A stretch of 64,000 bases of DNA, from IMG/VR virus record IMGVR_UViG_3300021961_000019. One strand, written 5' to 3'. The notes beneath the pieces were generated by a model. It searched no databases and was not told the DNA's origin. It worked only from the letters and a program-made list of their open reading frames with translations. Source of the DNA: a virus. A program made the translations under genes and the position numbers. Positions 45,584-55,337 of the stretch are shown piece by piece; position 1 is the first letter of the stretch; each line of letters starts with the position of its first letter.

Positions 45584-48500
45584 TCATCCAATTGGGATAT
45601 TAAATCCTCTGGTTGCATATGGGAACGTTCCACTAATAACGTTGAAGTTGATGCGATTATTAGCATCATCATAATCAACTGTGATATTTGTCTGAATTCC
45701 CGCATTAATCGCAGCACCCACAGCATCTTGTGCTCTTTCTTGAGTGTGATACTGGTTAGATCCTTCTGGAAGAGATGATGTTGAAGAATTTGCCAGGATA
45801 TTGTTTGGCGTAATCCATCCCAACACTCCAGATGAGGATGTGTAAAGAATACTATTTGCGCCACCAACCTGAGTTGGAAGTGTTAGGGTATATGCGGTTC
45901 CAACAACGGAACTTGGTGCAGACAGAGTTATTCTGGCGTCTCTTTGCAAAGTGCTGAATGTAATTGCACTTGTTACGCCAACATTACCATTTACATCAAG
46001 TGTCAATCCATATGGTGTTGCATATCCAGAAATATCAGTCTTAATTCCAATATGACCATCATTATCCAACACAAATTTGATGTCATTGGTCACACCATTA
46101 TGTTCTGTGCGAACAATCATGGCATTTCCGGATCCGGATCTATATCTAAGATCAAATCCAGCACCAGGAGTGTTTGTTCCAACACCAATATGCTTTGATG
46201 TTGTAAAGACAATTGGTGCCAGATCCGAAGCAGACGCTCCTGCTTGAAGGATTTTTCCACTTCCAGAATTGACCAGATCCAGAGTATTGCCACCAGCACC
46301 CTGATTTATCTTGAATAGAGTTGTTGCGGTGTTGCTGGTTAGATCTAAGATGTTGTTGAAATATGTGAGTGCTGGAACATCAGAAAGATTTCCTGCAACA
46401 TCATATGCAGCAATAGCATTCTCAGTTCCGGTTGGAGTTCCACCACCACCACCAGATTCAGTTGCTCTGAAGTTTACAGTTGCAATACCAGCAGATACTG
46501 TTGCTGAGATTGATACACCCGCACCAATAAAGTTAATCTGAGTTGCAATACCAGCAAAGATGGTGTTTGCTGTTGAAATAGCAACTCTTGGGTTTGCAGC
46601 AATATTGAGAGTTGTAATTCCAGATGCACTTGTTGCTGCAGTAATGGAAACTGCAGTTCCTGTTATGTTGAGGTTTGTTGTAAACCCAATATATGTGCCA
46701 GCACTTGAAATACCAACACCCTTAATATCGGCTGGGTTTACACCAACATAACCATACTTCTCCCAGCTGTGTCCAGTTGTGAAGATCCATCCAAGATAAT
46801 TATCTACGGTTGGATTGGCTGTCCAGACAATATCACCAATACTTCCTGGTGTTACTGGTGTGGAGATTCCAACGGTAAGTTTTCTTGGTGTTGGTGCTTC
46901 ACCCTGAATGAAGAGTGATCTGACCTCAAGACCTTCTGGTGATTTAGATGCAACTTTGCTGTTGAAAATTACAGGGCCATCAAATTTGGATAGTGAGTCC
47001 TTATCCACACCACCACTTACGGACAGACCCTCATCAATTGTCAATCTGTCAAAAGATTCAACCGCATATCCAAGATCGCTCGAATTTTTCTGAAGCTTTG
47101 TTGCTGATGTTGTTTGAGATGGAACTCTGATCTTCTGAACTTCTCCAGAGGATCCATCTATTTTGGATCCACCACTGAACACATCACCATCTTGGTTAGT
47201 TCCGGAGAATACAACGGTTCCACCATCACCATCAATACTGTATGCATTAATTACTTCTTCACCCTTCAGTGTGCGAGATTGATAATCAAATTTGCCGGTG
47301 GAATAGTTGCCAGGACCAAAACCAACATGCTCAAAATAATGTCCACCAGATCTAATTGATGAACTTCTTCTCAATTCAATTGGAATTGGTGTAATTCTCT
47401 TGAGAAGCGAATTTGCTGAGTGTGCAGCAGCAGATGTTCCAAGCAATCCTCTAAATGCCAGAACAGTATTACTGGTCACAACTCTCTTCACTCTGAAGAT
47501 TTCAGAGTTAATTTGGAAGTAGTCCCCAAGTCTCAGACCAACATTAACAGCGTTGGAAACTGTAATACCACTTGTTTCAGTATCAGTAGATGATGTGATT
47601 GGTGCCAAAATGCAAGTGGTTAGACCTGCATATGATACAACCAATCTACCAGAAGTTGCCTCCACATCATACTTAATGCCACCACCATATGATGATGTTA
47701 ATTGTGCATATGCCTCAATAGTTCCTGCAACAATTGGATAATTTGTTCCAATTCCAAGCGATACTTTTGCAGTTGATAGTCCAACAACATCTGTAACAAT
47801 TACGTCCTTATTGTAGAAACTTTGTGTTGCCCCACCAAATCTAATTTTAGTTCCAACTCTATATCCATGTGCAGTAGTAAATCCTACAGTTGCAATACCA
47901 GTTGCATAGTCATAATTAATTGTGGACACCCCAACAACTTTGCCAGCGACAAATGCTTGTCCAGTTGCTGTTACAACATTACCAATACCAGTTGAAAGGG
48001 GTGATATTAGTGTGGACGATGCCTGTAGTTCAATCTGCTTAGTATTTCCTACAGAAACTCCAGTAATCTTGTAAAGATTGTTGAGGTGATTTGTTGTAAT
48101 GCTGGAAATGCCGGAAATAATTAGAGTTTCTCCGACAGCATTTTCAATTCCTTCAACCTGAACAACACCATAATCAGCAAGATCATCATGTCCAACATCT
48201 GTAGTAATACCAGATGCAATTTGTAGAGTGTTTCCAATACCATAAGCACTACCATTATCCATAATTCTGATAGAACTGATGGATCCAGCACTTACGGTTA
48301 GTCTTGCTGTTGCATAATCACCTGTGATTGATGCTCCAATTGCAGTTAGTGGAACGTTGTAGTATTCACCATCAACATAATTTGCACCAGGAGAAACGAT
48401 GCTTAGATTTGAAATTCCTTGGAGTCTATGATCTATACTTGTATAAACGGTATGTGCTAGACCAGTTGGTGATGATTTAAATTCTGTAATACCAACACCA

Positions 48501-51500
48501 AGATTAGTATCATATAGTGCTTTTGATACTGCTTCTTTGGTTAAGCTATACTCCCTATCATTTACTAAGACTCTACCAATGTTATTGGATTCTGCAAAAG
48601 ATACTGATGTATTTGGGTCAGAATTTCTATTGTCTCTATCAATTACTGGATATAGGTGAGTAGTATCCTGCGCAAATCTCTCACCAGAGAAATAACTATC
48701 TGTTGGAGAAACACTGGAATTTACAATCGTTAAGTGATAGATGCCATCCTTAACTCCACTTTCATATTCCTGAATAGTAGTAACCTCATAAACTTTATGC
48801 GTTAGACTAAAATCCTTTCTCTTGTAATATGGAAGTTGGGCATTTCTGAGGGAGTTATTGTTTGTGTATGCTCCGGGATTTGTGGCCAAAGCATAAGTGA
48901 ATTGCTTAGCTGAACCAATATTAATTACAACATGCTTTCCGTTAAATCCTGTTTCTGGATCTCCAGTAGTGTTATTTGTGCTAGTAACATTCAGAACCTG
49001 AACGCTGGATCCAAGAGTTAGGTTGTGTGGAAGTTCGGTTGTAATTGTTGCGTTTCCAGACAACCAAGACGCATCTGCAATAACTCTTGTATTTCTCAGA
49101 TCTGTTGCAGCAGCAAGTTCTGTGGAATTTGATGCATTCCATTGCGAAGACATTTCTGAGGTTGATCCAATTGAAGTATTGGATTCTTGAATAACAAGGT
49201 CACGTGTTGGTGGAGATGCATTTGCAGATTCTTTTGGAATTACATAACGAACTTGGTAGATAGTATCACCATCAGATCTTTGGTCTGGATATCTGGTGAC
49301 ATAAGAATATGATGTTCTTGTAGCACCAAAATTCGCCAAAGCTGAGTAAATGGTGTTCTCTGTTGCAGCAGCAGAAACATTTACATACCACTGACTATTT
49401 GTAGTATCCCATTGAATTGGGTGTCCAATATCACCACTTTGCTTATCAGATACTCTACTTTCAACCAACAACAATCCACCTTTGTTGTTAATTACAACAT
49501 CGGTTCCGGATAGTGCGTCATCCAAAGTTTTTGCAACTTTGAGTTGATTTGCTGATACTCCAGAAACAATTGCGAAGTAAATCCTATCCGTTTCAAGGCC
49601 ATCAGGAATTTCGCCAGTTACGCCAACAATTCTAATTTTTTCACCATCAATTAGTGCGTGGTTAGTGGTGAGAGTGATTATGTTGCTGGAAATTGCATTA
49701 CCACTACCAGTTCTGGATACAACGAAGGATTTCTTAGATGAAATTTCTGCACCAGTTCCTTGGGTATTTGGCATCACAATTCTTGCCGAATACTCTGTAG
49801 TAATTCCACCCTGTCCAGATAGAGTTACAAAGAGGGTGTCATTCTCCTTTGCACCAAGTCTATAACCGTCAACAATATATGCTGGTGGATATGCTTGAGA
49901 TGTTTTGTCTGCAAAGAATAGTTTGTTTGTAGATCCTACGGAAACAGTCTTTGTTTTATCCAGGTTGTCGAACTTAATAGAAACTTTTTCTGCAGTTTCT
50001 TCTTTAGGTGCAATAACGTGAGAAACGTATCCAAGATCATTTCTTGCATATGCCTCTTCTTTATACCCCCTAGCAACTAGAGCTCTTGATCCAAACTTAG
50101 ATGCAACGTTGATAAGAGAAATTTCGGATCCAGATTCTGCTATAAATTGTTCCGCATATCCAACTACTTGACTGTTGGTAATTGTAATCTCTGCATCGTT
50201 CTGAGTATTTGCAAAGAAATTGACATAATCTGGCTTATATTTTGAATTAATATTTGAGTGTAGATTTTTTATTGGTCCAGTAATGTCATTATATGTGCCA
50301 TTTGTTGCGTTGTAGATGACAAAAGCATTATCATCGTTTTGAAGTCCTATCGCATGGCAATCATGAATTTCAATAGATTTAAATCCATTTACTTTATCAC
50401 CATTTGCAGAAACTCCACTCATTCCATAAGATGTGCGGAATGAACAATTGTGAATTTCTGGGGATGTTGTAATTGTAGTATCTACAGAAACGTTTACTGT
50501 AGCACTTCCGATTTCTGCCGTTGATGGCGCTACAGTTGTTGGTGCGTTTGCTGCAATATACTTAAATGATGTTGAGTTTACAACCTCTGTTACAACATAT
50601 TGTCCATCATAACCACTAACATTAATGCCACTAATTTCAATTAATGTGTCAATTGCAATATCCGCAAAAGGTGCTTTCGTTACAACAGTAATCTCAGTTG
50701 TGGAAGTTACTCCATCACCAGCATAAATGTCATCAATAGCATAGGTTGCACCAAGAGCACCAATAATCTTATATTCATCTACAATTGGTTCAATATCTAC
50801 TGCAGCAGGATAGTCTGGACTAATTGCTCGACTGGTGCTATTACCATAAATGATGGATAGTTTTTGGTAATATCCTTCAAGATCTGTCCTATCTGTGCTA
50901 TAAGTTTGGAAACTATCCTCGATGGAAATGTCATTTACACCATCAGCATATTCAAATGCAGATAGTTTGTGGTGGGAGAAATTTGGAATTGTAAGATTTG
51001 ATGTGTAATCAACATACACACTTCCTTGTGGGTCTGCGTCAAGGAGTGTTACATTCCAGATGTGCGAAGATCCGGTTAAACGGAAAATTGCGGATCTCTC
51101 AACAGCACTATTTTCTGGATTTGGAATATACTTTGGTCTGATGATTGTCTTTTTCTCATCTAAACCAATGATGGAAGTTCCGCGTGGGACAATTGCACCA
51201 CCATAGAAACTATTCAGTTTGAAAAGCGTGTTGGCACTGCTGTTGATGTTGAAGTTAGTAACGAGGTCCCATTCAAAAAGATCAGTTACTGTGGTGCCAA
51301 GTCTTGTTTTAAATGAACTTCCATCTGGAAAATATCCAGGTCTGTTGTCAATAGTGTGAATACCTGGGTAAACCAGAATGGTTGTTTTTGAAAACCTGTC
51401 GTTATTTACACCCCTCTGATAAGAAAATCTTGCAGCTTCAATAAGAGCTCTTTGGATTGTCTTAAATGGACGGGTTAATGAATTTCCTTGGTTGTCAATA

Positions 51501-51589
51501 CTATCGGTAGAATCCAGGCTGCTGGGGTCAACGTATAGAATTGTACCAGTTGTTGATTTCAGAAAATTATCTAATCTGGAGAGACCCAT
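45584..51589 (-). CDS. Giant virion/tail fibre-like protein (2001 aa)
   Basis: MGLSRLDNFLKS...NQGNSLTRPFKTIQRALIEAARFSY N-terminus typical of cyanomyophage virion proteins. Confidence 0.8.
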   Translation of the reverse strand: MGLSRLDNFLKSTTGTILYVDPSSLDSTDSIDNQGNSLTRPFKTIQRALIEAARFSYQRGVNNDRFSKTTILVYPGIHTIDNRPGYFPDGSSFKTRLGTTVTDLFEWDLVTNFNINSSANTLFKLNSFYGGAIVPRGTSIIGLDEKKTIIRPKYIPNPENSAVERSAIFRLTGSSHIWNVTLLDADPQGSVYVDYTSNLTIPNFSHHKLSAFEYADGVNDISIEDSFQTYSTDRTDLEGYYQKLSIIYGNSTSRAISPDYPAAVDIEPIVDEYKIIGALGATYAIDDIYAGDGVTSTTEITVVTKAPFADIAIDTLIEISGINVSGYDGQYVVTEVVNSTSFKYIAANAPTTVAPSTAEIGSATVNVSVDTTITTSPEIHNCSFRTSYGMSGVSANGDKVNGFKSIEIHDCHAIGLQNDDNAFVIYNATNGTYNDITGPIKNLHSNINSKYKPDYVNFFANTQNDAEITITNSQVVGYAEQFIAESGSEISLINVASKFGSRALVARGYKEEAYARNDLGYVSHVIAPKEETAEKVSIKFDNLDKTKTVSVGSTNKLFFADKTSQAYPPAYIVDGYRLGAKENDTLFVTLSGQGGITTEYSARIVMPNTQGTGAEISSKKSFVVSRTGSGNAISSNIITLTTNHALIDGEKIRIVGVTGEIPDGLETDRIYFAIVSGVSANQLKVAKTLDDALSGTDVVINNKGGLLLVESRVSDKQSGDIGHPIQWDTTNSQWYVNVSAAATENTIYSALANFGATRTSYSYVTRYPDQRSDGDTIYQVRYVIPKESANASPPTRDLVIQESNTSIGSTSEMSSQWNASNSTELAAATDLRNTRVIADASWLSGNATITTELPHNLTLGSSVQVLNVTSTNNTTGDPETGFNGKHVVINIGSAKQFTYALATNPGAYTNNNSLRNAQLPYYKRKDFSLTHKVYEVTTIQEYESGVKDGIYHLTIVNSSVSPTDSYFSGERFAQDTTHLYPVIDRDNRNSDPNTSVSFAESNNIGRVLVNDREYSLTKEAVSKALYDTNLGVGITEFKSSPTGLAHTVYTSIDHRLQGISNLSIVSPGANYVDGEYYNVPLTAIGASITGDYATARLTVSAGSISSIRIMDNGSAYGIGNTLQIASGITTDVGHDDLADYGVVQVEGIENAVGETLIISGISSITTNHLNNLYKITGVSVGNTKQIELQASSTLISPLSTGIGNVVTATGQAFVAGKVVGVSTINYDYATGIATVGFTTAHGYRVGTKIRFGGATQSFYNKDVIVTDVVGLSTAKVSLGIGTNYPIVAGTIEAYAQLTSSYGGGIKYDVEATSGRLVVSYAGLTTCILAPITSSTDTETSGITVSNAVNVGLRLGDYFQINSEIFRVKRVVTSNTVLAFRGLLGTSAAAHSANSLLKRITPIPIELRRSSSIRSGGHYFEHVGFGPGNYSTGKFDYQSRTLKGEEVINAYSIDGDGGTVVFSGTNQDGDVFSGGSKIDGSSGEVQKIRVPSQTTSATKLQKNSSDLGYAVESFDRLTIDEGLSVSGGVDKDSLSKFDGPVIFNSKVASKSPEGLEVRSLFIQGEAPTPRKLTVGISTPVTPGSIGDIVWTANPTVDNYLGWIFTTGHSWEKYGYVGVNPADIKGVGISSAGTYIGFTTNLNITGTAVSITAATSASGITTLNIAANPRVAISTANTIFAGIATQINFIGAGVSISATVSAGIATVNFRATESGGGGGTPTGTENAIAAYDVAGNLSDVPALTYFNNILDLTSNTATTLFKINQGAGGNTLDLVNSGSGKILQAGASASDLAPIVFTTSKHIGVGTNTPGAGFDLRYRSGSGNAMIVRTEHNGVTNDIKFVLDNDGHIGIKTDISGYATPYGLTLDVNGNVGVTSAITFSTLQRDARITLSAPSSVVGTAYTLTLPTQVGGANSILYTSSSGVLGWITPNNILANSSTSSLPEGSNQYHTQERAQDAVGAAINAGIQTNITVDYDDANNRINFNVISGTFPYATRGFNIPIG

Positions 51590-51620
51590 TTTATTAAATC
51601 TTATAGTTTCCGTTATGGAT

Positions 51621-51628
51621 TATTTATC
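51621..51628 (-). promoter_or_regulatory. Late promoter (GATAAATA)
   Basis: ATAAATA core about 32 nt upstream of ATG. Confidence 0.65.
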
Positions 51629-51635
51629 ATACAAC

Positions 51636-51655
51636 AAAACCTCCCGTAGGAGGTT
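51636..51655 (-). terminator. Rho-independent terminator
   Basis: AACCTCC-4 nt-GGAGGTT plus U-tract. Confidence 0.75.
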
Positions 51656-51711
51656 CTGAAGTCACACTTTTTGGGTCACTAGCGAATTAGTATCACATAT
51701 CTATGTATATG

Positions 51712-52335
51712 TTAAGTTCTGAGCACTTTAATCAGAGTTTCTGCACCTTCCATTGTGTGATCAACCCAGAATGTTGTTCCACAGTAAGAATCTTCACGGT
51801 GAATTTCTGTGTAATTGTCGGGCACATTCACAATATTGTATCCATAGACATATGGAATTACTCTTCCTGTCCTATCACTATCGTGGCAGGCAACAATAGG
51901 TGCTCTTCCAAATGCAAGATTTACAATATCCCCACGATTATGAATGCCAGGATCAACAAAAATAACATCATATTCGCGCTCTTCCATAAATGGAACAACA
52001 AGACCTTCAAGAACGGGAAGGTAAGAAAGATCCTCTAGAGGATATTGGTTGTTGATTGCGTCCTGATTTGCTTTTTGAATTTCATCAGGAATATTCACAT
52101 AATGAAGTGTCCAGTTTTTATAATCCTTCAGTTGTTCTTTGGTTTGATTTGTCCATTGAAGATTATAATCCCCAGTTGAAAGTTCTACTGAGGTGACGTT
52201 CTCGGCATGATCGCAAAGAAATTCTGTCCCAACCCCAAGACCAAATTCTAGAAAATTTTCAACTTCAACAGTTCTAAACAGTCTATCAAAGTATTGTACC
52301 CAGTCTTGGGCACAGGTCAGATTATAATTTTTCAT
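51712..52335 (-). CDS. Class I SAM-dependent methyltransferase-like protein
   Basis: FLEFGLGVGT (motif I-like); YDVIFVDP; VACHD. Confidence 0.55.
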   Translation of the reverse strand: MKNYNLTCAQDWVQYFDRLFRTVEVENFLEFGLGVGTEFLCDHAENVTSVELSTGDYNLQWTNQTKEQLKDYKNWTLHYVNIPDEIQKANQDAINNQYPLEDLSYLPVLEGLVVPFMEEREYDVIFVDPGIHNRGDIVNLAFGRAPIVACHDSDRTGRVIPYVYGYNIVNVPDNYTEIHREDSYCGTTFWVDHTMEGAETLIKVLRT

Positions 52336-52517
52336 AATAGAATTGATGTGTTTTGTTGATGTATTTTATCCACCCTGGTATATATGGCATTGGTAGCTTC
52401 CTTTAAATGGTGGTGACTATCGCCATACATTTCGCGATCTGCGCCAAGATCATAACACAATGTCCACCTCCACCTCTTCATATTTTCACTCCACCACAAA
52501 TTAACTTTAACGTTCAT
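52332..52517 (-). CDS. Hypothetical protein (MNVKVNLWW...RWRWTL)
   Basis: Start moved; ATGA coupled. Confidence 0.6.
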   Translation of the reverse strand: MNVKVNLWWSENMKRWRWTLCYDLGADREMYGDSHHHLKEATNAIYTRVDKIHQQNTSILL

Positions 52518-52660
52518 TGTTGTTCCTTGGCGTATTGTAGTTTTACCCAATTAAGAAGATTTAGATACTCGTTTTTTTCCTGAGGATTTTTAACCCAAGA
52601 AGAATAGTATTCGAGAGCCCTAATAGTTAGTTCACGATCACGTTGGGAGATCAAAGACAT
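52514..52660 (-). CDS. Small hypothetical protein (48 aa, MSLISQRDRELTIRALEYY...)
   Basis: Manual ORF. Confidence 0.65.
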   Translation of the reverse strand: MSLISQRDRELTIRALEYYSSWVKNPQEKNEYLNLLNWVKLQYAKEQQ

Positions 52661-52679
52661 TTTTTTATACCTCAATAAT

Positions 52680-52958
52680 TTAATTGCAGTCTGGCATACA
52701 CTCTGGATTTACTAGATCAAGTTCATTAAAGCATGGATGACATTCTTCTTGAATTAAATAACAAGAACCCCTATAAAGATCTTCGGGGCCAAACGTCAGT
52801 TCTTGATCGGCAATTTTGATTACTTGTGGGTCATTCCAATACTCTTCGTCAAGATCATCAAATGTGAATGGGACAGTATTTAAAAAATACATCAACACAA
52901 GGTGTTTTGCTCCATCACATACATACCAACAAAACTTTTGTTCTATGTAATAATCCAT
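52680..52958 (-). CDS. Conserved cyanophage hypothetical protein
   Basis: LMYFLNTVPFTFDDL motif; late-like TCTAAATA at 52979-52986. Confidence 0.7.
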   Translation of the reverse strand: MDYYIEQKFCWYVCDGAKHLVLMYFLNTVPFTFDDLDEEYWNDPQVIKIADQELTFGPEDLYRGSCYLIQEECHPCFNELDLVNPECMPDCN

Positions 52959-53000
52959 GGAATTGACCCCAAGTTAATGTATTTAGAACTGGATTTCCCA

Positions 53001-53081
53001 TGCGAGAGAGGGGAGTCGAACCCCTACACCTTTCGATACTGCGTTCTAAGCACAGCGTGGCTACCGTTACACCACTCTCGC
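53001..53081 (-). tRNA. trnL: tRNA-Leu (anticodon TAG)
   Basis: Acceptor stem GCGAGAG/CTCTCGC-A; anticodon arm CTGTG-CTTAGAA-CGCAG; long variable arm; GGTTCGACTCC T-arm; no encoded CCA. Confidence 0.93.
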
Positions 53082-53285
53082 TTACTCATCATTATATATC
53101 AATTCAAGTTGAGTTCCCTGCTCTTTGAATGTCGGTGGATGATACTTCAAGAACTCCCTAAATGTCATTTTCATTTCTTTAATCGTCATTCCACAATGAT
53201 CTGCTGCTGTTGGCAAATTCCACTTTGCTTTGAATAGTGATTGATTTGCCTCATTGACATTTTGGGGAGTTGTCTTGTTTGCCAT
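53082..53285 (-). CDS. Conserved cyanophage hypothetical protein (HTH-like)
   Basis: WNLPTAADHCGMTIKEMKMTF motif. Confidence 0.7.
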   Translation of the reverse strand: MANKTTPQNVNEANQSLFKAKWNLPTAADHCGMTIKEMKMTFREFLKYHPPTFKEQGTQLELIYNDE

Positions 53286-53287
53286 AA

Positions 53288-53503
53288 TTAACGTTGAAGA
53301 ACGGGGGGTTCAGCGAAGACAATATCATCTTCCTGAAGTGAATTGCGAATGGTATATAGAACATTTAGAAACTCATCAATGGTGCTGCACGCCACAGTCT
53401 TTTCAGTTCCCCGATTAGAATAAATTCTCACAGTCCTACAGGCAGTATCTACGACACATCGTGTAAGATACTCTTCATCATGTTCTTGAAATTTTTCGTT
53501 CAT
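53288..53503 (-). CDS. Conserved cyanophage hypothetical protein
   Basis: EYLTRCVVDT..R.V.IYS motif. Confidence 0.7.
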   Translation of the reverse strand: MNEKFQEHDEEYLTRCVVDTACRTVRIYSNRGTEKTVACSTIDEFLNVLYTIRNSLQEDDIVFAEPPVLQR

Positions 53504-53526
53504 GGAGATTTCCTGATTACCCTAAT

Positions 53527-53581
53527 AGTATAGGGTGTTTCTGGGAGGAAGTCAAGGTGAGTGGACAGTTTTTAAACTGTC
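53527..53581 (-). promoter_or_regulatory. Class-2 promoter element with canonical -35
   Basis: GACAGTTT-2 nt-AAACTGTC palindrome (-52.5), TTGACT-17-TATACT. Confidence 0.8.
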
Positions 53582-53584
53582 ATA

Positions 53585-55333
53585 TTATGCTAAAAGGAGA
53601 GTGTGAGTTCCAATTCCAGCAACCTCAAACACAAGATTCGAGTTTTCAACTCTTATTTGAACGGGTCCAGACCCATTGGTGCTAAAATTGCCAATAAATG
53701 TTGATGCAGTTAGTGTATTGGATGATGGGTTATAAGTAATGCCATCATCAGTATAAACGGTTTCCGCAATTGAACCTACATTATTACTATCTACAAATGT
53801 GGGATAGAATGTTGCATTAGTGCTATTGGATTGTACGCCAACTTGAGATGCTGTTGATGCGTTTCCACTTAGAGATCCGTTGAAAGTTGTGCAACTTAAA
53901 GTGTTTGATGAGGCGTTATAAGTCAATCCCGTATCATAAAGTGGTGATTGATTTCCTGCAGTTCCCCCAACCAAAACTACCCAACACGTACTATCTGATG
54001 TTGATGTTACTGGAATGGTGGATGCACTTGATCCAGAAACATTTGTCAATCCACTCCCATCGCCTGAGAAAAATCCAGCAGTTAGTGTATTGGATGATGG
54101 GTTATATGTAAGTGAACTATCTTCACTTAATCTCTTATATCCAGCAGTTGAGTTATCAACAAATGTGATGTACCTAGATGCGTTTGTTGATTCGTCATTA
54201 TCAATATATGGTTCAACTGTAATGTTGGAGGATCCATTAAAAGAAACGCCATTAATATCTCTAGCAGTCTGTAATGTCGTTGCAGTCGATGCATTTCCAT
54301 TCAAAGATCCACTAAATGTTGATGCAGTTAGTGTATTGGATGATGGGTTATATGTAATGCCAGCATCAGTATAAATGGTTTCTCCAGTTGCAACTCCATT
54401 ATTACTATCCACAAATGTGGGATAAAATGATGCATTAGTTGCTGTTGATGTTGTTTGGACCTGTGTTGCTGCGCCACTAAATGATGATGCAGTCACGACA
54501 CCAGTAATATTAGCACCAGAACCAATAAAGGTGGTTGCAGTCACGACACCAGTAATATTAGCACCAGAACCAATAAAGGTGGTTGCAGTAACAATACCAC
54601 TCAGTGATGCATGTACCCCACTAAATGCATTTGCAGTAACAATACCACTCAGTGATGCATGTACCCCACTAAATGCATTTGCAGTAACAATACCACTCAG
54701 TGATGCATGTACCCCACTAAATGCATTTGCAGTAACAATACCGGTAGCGTTTAATCCAGATGCACCAATTATTCCGGCAACACTAATCCAATTTGAAAAT
54801 GTACCAATACCACCAATGGAAGCATTATTGTCAACTGTCAATGTTCCAGTTGTAGTTTTTAGTGCAAATACATCATCCCATCTTCTACTGGATGAACCGA
54901 GATCATAAGTATTTGTTGCGTTTGGAATTAGGTTGGAAGTGAATTCCCCCAGAACTTCTACATCATCTGAAGCGGATCTTCCGACAGTAATTGTTCCATT
55001 GCCGAGACTAACATTTCCAGTTGCATGAATTGCACTATCTCCACTTACTATGAGACCAGATGTGTCTCCAACTGCAACAATTGCCGATGTTCCTGTTGCA
55101 TAAAGAGCAGTTCCAACACCTGTATGTTCTGCATGAATAATTGATCTAAAATCATAATCATATATTGCATCAAGTCCCCGATAAGTTCCAACACCGGTAA
55201 TAATAATCTCAAAATTGGGGTCTGGTGATGGTGGCCCAGGCGGTATTGCAGTAAAGTATGATGAACTTAAATTTTCATCAACATTGGAGGAACCACTACC
55301 AGCTGGTTTGGGAATTATATATTGTTCTGCCAT
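53585..55333 (-). CDS. Tail fibre-like protein with tandem repeats
   Basis: 16-aa tandem repeats; recurring TYNPSSNTLT modules. Confidence 0.7.
   Translation of the reverse strand: MAEQYIIPKPAGSGSSNVDENLSSSYFTAIPPGPPSPDPNFEIIITGVGTYRGLDAIYDYDFRSIIHAEHTGVGTALYATGTSAIVAVGDTSGLIVSGDSAIHATGNVSLGNGTITVGRSASDDVEVLGEFTSNLIPNATNTYDLGSSSRRWDDVFALKTTTGTLTVDNNASIGGIGTFSNWISVAGIIGASGLNATGIVTANAFSGVHASLSGIVTANAFSGVHASLSGIVTANAFSGVHASLSGIVTATTFIGSGANITGVVTATTFIGSGANITGVVTASSFSGAATQVQTTSTATNASFYPTFVDSNNGVATGETIYTDAGITYNPSSNTLTASTFSGSLNGNASTATTLQTARDINGVSFNGSSNITVEPYIDNDESTNASRYITFVDNSTAGYKRLSEDSSLTYNPSSNTLTAGFFSGDGSGLTNVSGSSASTIPVTSTSDSTCWVVLVGGTAGNQSPLYDTGLTYNASSNTLSCTTFNGSLSGNASTASQVGVQSNSTNATFYPTFVDSNNVGSIAETVYTDDGITYNPSSNTLTASTFIGNFSTNGSGPVQIRVENSNLVFEVAGIGTHTLLLA
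54480..54745. repeat. 48-bp tandem repeats (GIVTANAFSGVHASLS x3; VTATTFIGSGANITGV x2)
   Basis: Near-identical nucleotide copies. Confidence 0.9.
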
Positions 55334-55337
55334 TTAT

